Positions 1 to 10,508 of a DNA stretch of 64,000 bases are shown here, piece after piece (within the stretch, counting starts at the first letter, position 1; each line of letters opens with the position of its first letter). The translations under genes were made by a program, and so were the position numbers. The notes under the pieces are model-generated. The model made no database searches and was not told the origin of the DNA. It saw only the letters and a list, made by a program, of their open reading frames with translations. The DNA comes from Azolla caroliniana (Eukaryota; Plantae; Polypodiophyta), in assembly GCA_043228905.1 (NCBI GenBank), contig JBHGNT010000003.1:16430001-16494000 (forward strand). Direction: 5' to 3'.

Positions 1-453
1 GTGAGAGATTGGGGATGTGAGGAGAAAAAAAGCTTGTTGGAGGATCCCTACAACATCAACATTAACAAAAAGTCAATGGTACTTTCGAAAGGAAAAATGG
101 CTATTTTCTCAATAAAACATAAAGGAAATGGTAGATTACGTTTATTTCAAGAAAAGAAGAAAGAAATCACAATGACTTTCCAGAAAATGAAGAAAAGAGT
201 AAAATGCCCAATTTTTCAAAATGGAAACTTTTCTCTAAACAACGTAAAATGGAAGACGTTCTCAAGAAAACGTGAGAGAACAATAAATAAGTAAATAAAA
301 AGAGGAGCAAATGTCTAGTATTTCCAATAAAGAAGAAGACAATTGTAAAAAGAAGGATATCTACAAAATAAAATAAGAAGGAAATAAAACGAGAAAGAGG
401 AATGAGAAAAGCAATGCAAAAGAGGACAGAAAAGAGAAGCAGAGGGAACATGC

Positions 454-585
454 CTGAGTTTCCAGGTTGTGTGTGCTTTGAGCTTCTTGTTGTTGAACGG
501 AAGAAGAAGCAGAAGAATGGAATCTGACGGCCTGCAGAGCATTGAGATTGCGGCGCGAAGATATCTTGGCCCATCTCAAAAGCAT
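454..585 (-). CDS. Probable first coding exon of a host gene running off the left edge; N-terminus resembles a mitochondrial targeting peptide
   Basis: Seen: ATG at 585 gives MLLRWAKISSRRNLNALQAVRFHSSASSSVQQQEAQSTHNLETQ (Arg/Ser/Leu-rich, no acidic residue in the first 33 aa), followed by CAG|GCATGT and a pyrimidine-rich tract. A candidate acceptor TGTTGTAG|GGA at 48/47 continues in frame (GSSNKLFFSSHPQSL). Inference only; no recognisable domain. Confidence 0.4.
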
Positions 586-594
586 TGCTTTCCG

Positions 595-870
595 TCTGTG
601 TGTGTGTGTGTACCTGTAAACAGCGATGGAGTGTACGTACTCTTCTTCTTCTTCTTCTTCTTCTTCTTATTCTTCCTCTTCTTCTTCTTCTTAATGTATG
701 TAATAAGAGGATGATGATGATGATTATGGATTCTGATGATGATGATGATGTACATACATAGATCTACATAATACTGTATACATACGTATGTGTGTATGTA
801 CGTACGTATGTATGTATGTATATGTACATGACTCAATAATGTGTATGTGTGTTTGGTGTGTGTTGTTTTG
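595..870. repeat. Microsatellite cluster (GT)n, (CTT)n, (GAT)n, (TATG)n
   Basis: Directly visible simple repeats. Confidence 0.9.
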
Positions 871-1369
871 GATGTGTTTCAATTTGCACCACGAACATAC
901 CTTTGTTTGTTTTGCTTGTTTGCATGTGCCATGGACCCTTGAGCCAAAAAACAGCACAACCAAGTCTCCACTTTGACTTCCATTGATCTAAGGCTATGCG
1001 TCCCATCCATTCTTCTTCCCGGACTCAAATTGAAAACACGACATTTACTCATTATCAGCACACGATCACAAACTTTACCACCACGCCATTATTCGGATTA
1101 TAGTAAGATGAAATCACGAACCTCTGAAAATAATTCGGCACTTGGCAATCGCCGACAACAACAATGTTAAAAATATCCAATATGGTATTTCATGCAAAGC
1201 TTTGAAATTGTGGTTTAACATGTAATTTGTTATTTAGTTACTAAAATTGGGTATAACATTTGAGCTTTTAGACTTACACATGCCCTTTGCAATAACGCTT
1301 CCTCATTTTGAACTATAATTGCTACATAAAGTAATTCAAGGGCAAAGTGTTAAAAAGGCCGACACACAC

Positions 1370-1745
1370 TATTGGGGAATTTGGTCCCTCTGGATGGGAA
1401 GGGCATAAGTCGGATCGAGAGAGAGTGACCATCAGTCAACCCGTCCGGATCAAGTTCCGGATACATGCAACAACAATCGGCGAGGAGTTGGCTGTCTAAC
1501 TAGGAGCCGAATAGGAAGTTCGAATCAGAATGGTCGTCGGTCGATTGGCTGAGGGCAAATCTAATGAGAGTCGACCAGTAGCCAACTGGCCATTAGCCGA
1601 ATCAAATGAAAGTTGATCGGCTCGTAACAGATCCAGATTGTGGCCAATTCGGCCAAATCGGGTTCATCCGGTTTGGACTATATTTGTAAATAGCCAATAC
1701 TTGTGTATTAGTATAAATACACCTAGGGCTAACATATGTATAGTG
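1370..1745 (+). mobile_element. Truncated LTR of a Tork/Tnt1-like copia family
   Basis: Begins TATTGGGGAATTTGGTCCCTCTGGATGGGA, nearly identical to the LTR start at 12856 (TGTTAGGAATTTGGTCCCTCTGGATGGGA). Shares the TATTTGTAAATAG...GTATAAATA...TAGGGC block, then breaks abruptly into integrase sequence. Confidence 0.7.
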
Positions 1746-2529
1746 TGAAATCATCCAAGAAGTACTCTTTGCCGCCATCCGATCGAAGACAACGTACATG
1801 TCGGCCCGTGGCTTTCTTGACTTCATTCTTGAATGTTTAGAAGTGTCCAAACACTTCGCTCTTTTGCCGCATCGGGTAGATCCAAGTGTGCCTAGAGAAG
1901 TCATCGATGAAGAGCACGTAGTATCGGCATCCGCCGAATGTAGCCGTCTGTACTGGTCCCCATACATCGAAATGGACTATGTTGAGTAGACCTTTGCTCA
2001 CATTCCGCTCTTTCGGGAATGAGTGTCGGTGTTGCTTGCCAAATTGGCACGCTTCGCATACACCTTCAATCCCCTTCTCTTTGAATGTCGGGAGTCGGAT
2101 GACGACTCCTTTCAATTTCATTGCTTTGAGTTTGTTGAGATTGATGTGGCCGATTCGCTTATGCCATAGCTCTATGTCGGAGTTGGCTTTCGTGCTTTCA
2201 TCTCGTGTGAATCGAGAATGAACATCCGGCCCTCTATTCTTCTGCGTGCGATGATTCGGCCTTCTTTTTCGATGAAGCACCCTTCTTGGTCGAATCGTAC
2301 TTGCATCCCTTGCTCAACCATTTGGGCGACCGAGACCAAATTCTTCGTGATGGTGGGAAGATGCAAGACATTTTTAATGTATGTTTGCTTACCTCTTTCG
2401 AACGGAACATTGCCGATGTGCCGAATCGGGTGTGTAATGTCATCTCCGGTTTCGACATAACCGGGTCGCTCCGGCTCTCGAAGTTCAAGAAACCATTCTT
2501 TATGGGATTTCATATGATTTGAGGCTCCG

Positions 2530-5500
2530 TGTTGAAGCGACAAGCTCAACTGGAGCCGGGTCAGCTGAATAAGCCTGAGCCGGCAAGCGAGACGGATCGG
2601 TAAGCCGGCAAGCAACAGATCCGGTGAGCTGGGGAGCCAGTTAGTCGGGTCCAATCGATAACCGGAAGCCTAGTATTAGTTTAGACTACTAGGCAATTAT
2701 AGTCTCGTAGTAAGTGTCAGAAGCTCGTGTGAGCATTGAAGGACGCAGTACTTTTGTCAATCCCATGAGGACTTGTATAAATAGTGCTACTGAGCACAAT
2801 TGTAAATGAGAGAGGCATATATCGTTTTTTGAATATAGCTTTTATGTTCTGCTCTCTCTGTCTCTCCCGCGTACTCTGTGTATTCCCTACTTTCTTTATT
2901 TCTAACGCTTCCGCAAGTAATCGTTTACATGGTATCAGAGCGCGAGGGTTGAGAACCTCCTCTGCAACTGACGAACGCTTGACAACAAACCCTAGTAGGT
3001 CGTAAAACAACAGACAAAGAAGTGATGGATAGAGGGATGGCTAGCTCGCTCCCTGTGGAGAAACTCGACAGATCCAACTATGCATCTTGGTCATATAAGA
3101 TGCACCAGTACCTACTTGGGCATGGCTACTGGAGTTTCGTCGAAGGAGCCAACGAAACAGAACCTGATGCGGCACATAAGGACTTCCCAGTGTGGGAACA
3201 ATCGGCAATCAGAGTGATGTACTGCTTCGTGTCCAATGTCGGAGACCAGTTGTTGGGCCACATCCGAGACGCCAAGACGCCAAAGGAGGCTTGGGGGAAC
3301 CTGAAGAAGGTGTTCGCCGCGAGCACAACAGCCCGGAAGCTGCAACTCTGACAGGAGTTGAGCAATGTCCGACGGAAGGACATGTCGGTGGCGGACTACA
3401 CAGCCCGAATCAAAGAGATTTGTGACTCGCTTGCATCTATCAACGTTACCGTAGAGAAAGACGAGATGGTACAGGTCTGTCTTGGGGGCCTAGCGTCGAA
3501 GTTCAGAGCGTTCCTAATGGCGGTGTGTACAAGGGAGAATACGCCATCATTTTTCGACTTACAGTCAATGCTCCTTGTAGAGGAGAACCACGCCGGTGCG
3601 TCAACTAGCGCACCCACTGACAGCCGGATGTTGTACACAGAGGCGGATCGGTCCCATGGGCGTGGTGGACGAGGCGGGTCGGCACGCAATGAAGGCAGCC
3701 GGCAAGAGCAAGGACAAAGGCACAGAGAACGTGCCGACAGCAGTTCCGGGACCTCCACAGACAGGGGGAGTCAAGGCGGTGCCGGAGGCCGGCGAGACAA
3801 ATCTGCAACGGAATGTTGGTATTGTGGCCAAAAGGGTCGCGGGTTGGCACGCAATGAAGGCAGCTGGCAAGAGCAAGGACAAAGGCACAGAGAACGTGCC
3901 GACAACAGTTCCAGGACCTCCACAGACAGGGGGAGTCAAGGCGGTGCCGGAGGCCGGCGAGACCAATCTGCAACGGAATGTTGGTAATGTGGCCAAAAGG
4001 GCCATAGAGAAAGCGAGTGTTGGAGAAAACGCGCTGATTCGGACAAATCCGGATCCGGCAAGGCCGACAAGGATGGTCGGCAAAGCTCGCACTACGCGAA
4101 GGGATCGGGAGGATCCAAGAACGGTAACCGGCCAGCCTTGGTGATGAAGCACGAGGCGAACTCGATGAAGAAGACCACTTCCAAATCGGAGGAAGTGTGG
4201 TATGTTGATTCCGGTGCGTCAAACCACATGACGAACCACAAAGAGTGGTTCTCCTTTTTGGAGAAACCGGATCAACCAGGAGTAGTCGAAACCGGAGACG
4301 GCACTCCTCACCCAATCGTGCATGTCAGAGAAGTCCCTTTGAGCCACGTTGGACAAAAGGGGAAGCTGATGAACGTATTACATGTTCCGACAATCACGAA
4401 GAACCTAGTGTCAGTAGGACAGATTGTCGACCAGGGGATGCATGTGCGGTTTACACACCTTGGGTGCTTCATCGAGGAAGAGGGCCAGATTATTGCGCAA
4501 GGGCATAAAGACAGGAGGATGTTTATCCTTGACACCAATGACGTTGGCACCGCTTTGTTTGCAAAAGGACAGCAGATCGAATCGGACATCGACCTGTGGC
4601 ACAAGCGGATAGGCCACGTCAATTACAGGAGGCTTCAAGACCTGCAAGCGAAACAAGTTGTTTTCGGTTTGCCGAAGTTTAGCGGCCGGAAGGCCCAAGT
4701 ATGTGAAGCCTGCCAACTCGGGAAGCAACACTGGCTTCTATTCCCCACCAAACGTAACCGGAGCCATAACAAACTCGACCTTATCCATTCGGATGTGTGG
4801 GGACCGGCACAGAATGTTAATCTTGGCAGGAGTCGATATTTCGTCTCCTTCATCGACAACTATACGCGGCACACATGGATCAACCTCATTGAGCGGAAGA
4901 GTGAAGTCTTCGAGTGTTTCCGGAGTCTCCAAAGCATGGTGGAATGGGAATCGGAGAGAAAGATCAAATGCCTGCAGTAGGATGGCGGAAAAGAGTACTT
5001 TTCCGGTCAATTCAACAGTTATCTGCAACAAAAGGGAATTCGGCGAGAGTTCAGCTGCAGATACACACCGCAATAGAACGGTGTTGTCGAAAGGAAGAAC
5101 CAGTCGCTTATCGATGCGGCAAGGGCAATGTTGGAGGAGAAGAGCATGCCCAAATTCTATTGGGCGGAGGCAGTCCGAACAACTGTCTACATCCAGAACC
5201 GGATCGGTGACAAGATGTCAGCTCACGAGCTGTATTTCGGGCGGAAGCCGAATTTGAGACACCTTAAGATCTTCGGTAGCATTGCATTTGTGCATGTACC
5301 GGATGAGAAGCGGAGGAAGCTGGATGCAAAATCGGAAAAATGCATCCTAGTCGGCTATGCTCAAGAGCAAAAGGGTTATAAGTAGTATAACCCCCGGACA
5401 AAGCAGGTCCAAGTTAGTCGAGATGTCGAGTTTGATGAATCGGCATCGTGTTACTCCTTACCGACTCCGACTTCCGAATTTGACCCGATGCTAGTGGATG

Positions 5501-7864
5501 AGGCTAGTGATCCTAAATCGGCCCAAGTACAGGATGATGAAGCGTGGACTCAGGATGAGAGTCCGGAATCGTTCCGGTTGAGCGGGCCAAACGAGAGACT
5601 GAGTCAATCTGACCAGTCTGATGAGGAACCGGCGAGTAGTGGAGACTCTGTCGTGCACTCCCCGCGCAAGGAACCGAGGTGACGGTTCACGTGCAAAGAG
5701 AAGGGGGAGAAGAAGATGTCGGAATTCGAAACCGGAAACGATGAGTCGGATCAGTGTGCATTTGACTCCGGCGAGGAGAAAGGCGGATCTTCGGCAATGA
5801 AGACCGAACTGGCTAAGAAGGGCCTCAAACCGGGTAACACTGAGTTACGTCGGTCCACCCGCTAGAAGGATCCCGTCCAGCGGTACGGGTACAATGAGTG
5901 CATGGCGCATCACTATGCGTACATGACTAAGGTGGCGGAAGTGCGTGAGCCGGAGAGCTACACAAAAGCGTCCAAGGACGCAAATTGGCATGCCGCTATT
6001 GAAGAAGAAATGCGGGCACTTGATGTCAACAAGACATGGACCTGGTTGACCCTCCTCGTCACTGTAAACCGATCGGATGCAAGTGGATATACAAGGTAAA
6101 GTACAACGCTGATGGTTCTGTTAACCGGTATAAAGCCCGGTTAGTGGCGAAGGGATACACGCAGACCCACGAAATCGACTACGACGAGACCTTCGCTCCG
6201 GTAGCGAAGATGACGACGGTTGGTGTGGTGCTGGCGGTTGTTGCAGCAAGGGGGTGGCATCTTCACCAGATGGATGTGAAGAATGCGTTTCTTCAGGGTG
6301 ATTTTGAAGAAGAAGTCTTTATGACTCAGCCCCCCGGCTTTGAATCAGAGATGAACAAGTCGGCGGTATGCCAGCTGAAGAAGTCGTTGTACGGCTTGAA
6401 GCAAGCCCCTCGAGCTTGGAATGCGAAGATCACGCACCGGTTGCGTAAGATGGGGTTTGTGGCCTCCAAATCGGACTCTTCATTGTTCATCCGGCAAGGC
6501 TCAGCCGGTCCCGTATGTATACTGCTGTATGTTGATGATCTAGTCATCACTGGACCAGGAGTTCCAGAAATCAACCGCGTCAAGTCCCAATTGTCAGACG
6601 CATTTGAGATGAAGGATCTAGGGGACCTTCATTATTTTCTAGGGATCGAGGTGATCCGAACCCTGGACGGCATATTGCTCTCACAACGACATTACGTCTT
6701 CAATATGTTGTACAAGTTCGGCATGACAGAATGTCGACCTGTCTCCACACCCTTGGACCGGAACCAGAAGCTTCGTCCCAATTCTGAACTGGCCTGCAAT
6801 GAGAAACAGTTCCGACAAATCGTCGGAAGCCTTATTTACTTGACTATCATGCGACCCGACATCAGCTATCCGGTCGAAATGATAAGTCAATTCATGCAGA
6901 AGCCGACTGTGGAGCACCTTCAGTGCGCGCAAAGTATATTGCGGTATGTCAGCGGCACGAAGGACAGCGGTATACCCAAAGAGCTCATCGGTTACACGAA
7001 TGCCGATTGGGCCGACGATGCATCAGATCGCCGATCAACCTCCGGTTACATGTTTTCCCTAGGTAGCGCGGTTGTTGCGTGGAGCAGCAAAAAGCACCCA
7101 ACAGTTGCTCTATCGAGCACTGAGGCTGAGTATCGGGGCACTACCATTGCCACCTGTGAAGCCCTCTGGCTTCGACGACTGCTGCAAGACTTACAGATCG
7201 AGGTACCGACCCCAATTCTGGTCTACTGCGACAACATAAGCATCATGCAACTCGCCAAGAACCCTGTGTTCCATGCTCGCACGAAGCAGACATACCGATC
7301 GAGAAGGTCGAGGCGCGCAGAACAAGAGGGGTCATGGCAAACAGAACTGGACCGGACAAGGAGCGCCAGGAAGGCGGAGCGACGCCAGGAGAAGTCGGTT
7401 GGAAGAACCGACTGCCACAGAGACTGACACTAGGATCTAACCTCAATCTGAGCTTGAGGGGGAGTGTTGAAGCGACAAGCTCAACTGGAGCTGGGTCGAC
7501 TGAATAAGCCTGAGCCAGCAAGCGAGACGGATCGGTAAGCCGGCAAGCAACAAAGTCGGTGAGCTGGGGAGCCAGTTAGTCGGGTCCAATCGGTAACCGG
7601 AAGCCTAGTATTAGTTTAGACTACTAGGCAATTATAGTCTCGTAGTAATTGTCAGAAGCTCGTGTGAGCATTGAAGTACGCGGTACTTCTGTCAGTCCCA
7701 TGAGGACTTGTATAAATAGTGCTACTGAGCACAATTGTAAATGAGAGAGGCATATATCGTTTTTTGAATATAGCTTTTACGTGCTGCTCTCTCTGTCTCT
7801 CCCGCGTACTCTATGTATTCCCTACTTTCTCTATTTCTAACGCTTTCGCAAGTAATCGTTTACA
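2530..7864 (+). mobile_element. Ty1/copia element B, nearly full length, nested in the protease of A; LTRs 2530-2929 and 7465-7864
   Basis: Two 400-bp TG...CA LTRs with about 18 differences by eye. PBS TGGTATCAGAGC 2930-2941, PPT GAGGGGGAG 7456-7464, TSD CTCCG/CTCCC. Domain order gag-PR-INT-RT-RH. Confidence 0.96.
3025..7290 (+). pseudogene. Disrupted gag-pol of element B
   Basis: Gag (KLDRSNYASW), protease WYVDSGASNHM, integrase, RT (YKARLVAKG, QMDVKNAFL, LYVDDL), RNase H (ADW...DRRSTSG, SSTEAEY, FHARTK). Several in-frame stops and frameshifts; RNase H end deleted. Confidence 0.93.
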
Positions 7865-9198
7865 CTCCCGAGTCAACAAACCATACGTCCTCCGGATTGA
7901 GGGCACTAGTTGAGGTAGAGGCCGACATAGAGTTTGCTCTATGTTTCATCATGAACATACCGCCACGGTCGGAGTTGCGTGCATACATTCCGCCACGATC
8001 TTCGTAGTCGGAGTTGTTCCCGTACATTCCGCCATGATCTTCGTAGTCGGAGTTGTTCCCGTATATTCCGCTATACTCTTCGTAATCAGAATTGTGCGCG
8101 TAATTCGTGAGTTGTCGGCTTGTGGAAGCCGATTCACGCATCTTCTTTCGGCACTCTTCTTCGTAGTGGCCGAGCTTTCCGCAATATCCGCATTCAGTTG
8201 TGTTTTGACGGCTCGGGCCGGAGTGGAAGCTCCCCCTTCTTGCGAAGGTTCCTCGTTGGCTTCTGTTTTGCGGTTGAAATTGGAAGTTGTTATCGTAGGT
8301 CGGACCTCGTCCGCCTTGTCCTTGGCCGAATTGGCCTCTCGGCCGTCCGCGTCCTCTTCCTCCGTTCGAGTGCATGTAGAGCATGTGGCCTTCCGACTCA
8401 TTGCTCCTTGTACGCACGTGGTTTTCTTCGACCAATAGCATTGATTGGAGCTCAAAGAAGGAGGGAGATTTCTCCCGTGCTAGAACGACGGTTCGCATCG
8501 CGCTAAACCATGGTGCGAGGCCGCCGAGGCATATTTGAACCATCTCATCATCATCATCGATATTTACGCTTATTGAGCCGAGCGAGTCGCAAAGCTCCTT
8601 GATCTTCGAGGTGTATGTCGTAATGGACATGTCCCTTTGTTGAATGTTGTTCAACTCTTGGCGGAGTTGAAGCCTTCTTGCGGTTGTATTCGCCGCGAAA
8701 ATCTTTCGTAGATTTTCCCATGCCTCCTTCGGCGTCTTCGCTTCGCGAATGTAGCCGAGCATGTGATCATGAACACATGTCGCCAAGCAATACATCACGC
8801 GGCTTGCGGCTTGCTCCCATGTCACGTATCCGGGAGCCGCTTCGGCGGGTCGGTCTTCATGTGCTCCTTTGATGTAGCTCCAATAGCCTTGTCCGACAAG
8901 GTATTGGTGCATCTTGTACTCCCAAGATGCGAAGTTGTTTCGATCCAACTTCTCGGTAGGGAGAGCGCTCCCCATTTGAGTATTCATTATGTTGATTCTT
9001 CTTCTTCTTCTTCTTCTCTCTTCGAATGCGAGCTATGTAGCGAAGCTACAATAGCGATGAGCCGGTTCTTGGTCGTCGGCGTGGAGCACAACACACGATC
9101 ACGATGAGGCGAATGGGCTAGATCGAGCTACCAAATCGCTCTGATACCATGTAAAGAATCAAGAGATGGATTCTTGTGAAGCAGAAGAGATATGAGTT

Positions 9199-9239
<41 letters not shown>

Positions 9240-9553
9240 TGAGAGAGACAAGCAGTAAAACACAAAGAATACGCAAGGTTAAGTATATTAACAAAGGAGA
9301 AAGACTCAACGTTATACAAAGTGGGAGGAGGGTGCTTTATATAGTCACCCTCTCTCTTCATTAACTACAAGACTCATGGAGCATGGGGAATGTGAAAGCT
9401 CATAAGTTATGTGTCATAGAATATGATTCTATGATGCATACTAAATGCTAGAATACAAAGTGGTGACATAGTGGTGACTTTTGACCGTTGGAGTGTCTAT
9501 TCACTCTCAAGGTGAGTTCACACACTAGACCCAGTTAAGCTTGATTCTCAACA

Positions 9554-10450
9554 AGAGGTTATGCCACATGAGTTAGAAGGGCATGCAGATGCTAGGCGAA
9601 AAAGAACTCCTATCAAAGGTGACGAACGTCCATATGGATAGGTGCGTAGATTGTGTGGCTAGCAAGCAAAATAGGGCCGCCTTTTGGCCTAGGCCCTGAT
9701 GAGGAGGAAGAACACTATAGAACTCGTGCATAGACGTATGTTATGTTGATGCGAAGTCACATGCTAGTGCACAATATTTTGTGACCTTCATAGATGACTA
9801 TAGCTGAAAGTTGTGGGCTTTCGTCCTAAAGACAAAGGACCATGTGTTGTTCATCTTCAAAGAGTTCCAGGTGAGAGTTGAAGGCCATCCAGACAGACAA
9901 TGGAGGGGATATAAAGGGCAGTTTGAAGAATATTACCGGTCACAAGGTATTTGGCTGGAATATACAGTGCCGAAGACACCGAAACTAAACGAAATGGCCG
10001 AAAGTGTTAGAGTTATGATCAAATTTAAGCATATGATAAGGATATAAGATATATGAAATAAGAAAGGAGAGACAGAAAGAAAGGTGTTGATCCACCGACC
10101 ACCACTGAGCGAAGGGATCGAGATGGACTTGAGCCTCGATCGGCCTCATATTTATAGTGATACACAAGGCCCCCATGCAAGTTCACACTTGGCCTAATGA
10201 GTTGTCTCAATCCCGAGGATTAAAAGTAATCCTCCCCTTCTTTAAATTCTTGTTTAACCCTCACACTTTATCCACGTGTATAGAATACTACGGTAATTTC
10301 TCACCACGGGATATTATATGGTCATGCCCGTAACAGAAAGGATGAACTGAACCGTAATGGCAAGGGCTCGATGTACGTTGGTGCATGCTGAGTTTCCAAA
10401 AAACCTTTTGGGTTGAGGCGTTGATGACGACTATATATGTCGGGTGGAGA
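9554..10450 (+). mobile_element. Degenerate GAG-pre-integrase/integrase fragment of a Tork/Tnt1-like copia element
   Basis: Translates to RLCHMS.KGM, CVDCVASKQNR, FVTFIDDYS, WAFVLKTKDHV, YTVPKTPKLNEMAER.MN across frameshifts. Likely the internal part of the element whose LTR starts at 1370 (inference). Confidence 0.75.
10005..10335 (-). mobile_element. Solo LTR of the gypsy family found at 58238-63800
   Basis: TGTTAG...GTAACA termini with exact 5-bp TSD GAAAG (10000-10004, 10336-10340). Long near-identical blocks shared with 59022-59392 (e.g. CAAGTTCACACTTGGCCTAATG..TTGTCTCAATCCCGAGGATTAAAAGTAATCCTCCCC). Confidence 0.9.
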
Positions 10451-10508
10451 CCACTGAGGTTATGGGCTAGGAGGGGGAGAATTTTAAGGCAGATAAGAAT
10501 ATGAATGG

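Larger units (their letters stand above)
1750..9553 (-). mobile_element. Ty1/copia element A, 3'-truncated: 5'LTR 9553-9150, PBS 9149-9138, gag 8987-7865, PR/integrase 2529-1750; interrupted by element B
   Basis: LTR TGTTGAGAATCAAGCTTAAC...TTCTTTACA followed by tRNA-iMet PBS TGGTATCAGAGC. Gag has zinc knuckle CGYCGKLGHYEEEC. Protease motif WFVDSG|ASNHM is split by B. Integrase motifs LWHKRIGH, CEAC, DVWGP, FIDDFSR. Confidence 0.92.

Noticed and set aside
576-976. ORFs rich in His/Thr/Tyr or Val/Cys/Met (also 34704-35360 and 39426-39817)
   Set aside because: Translations of microsatellites.
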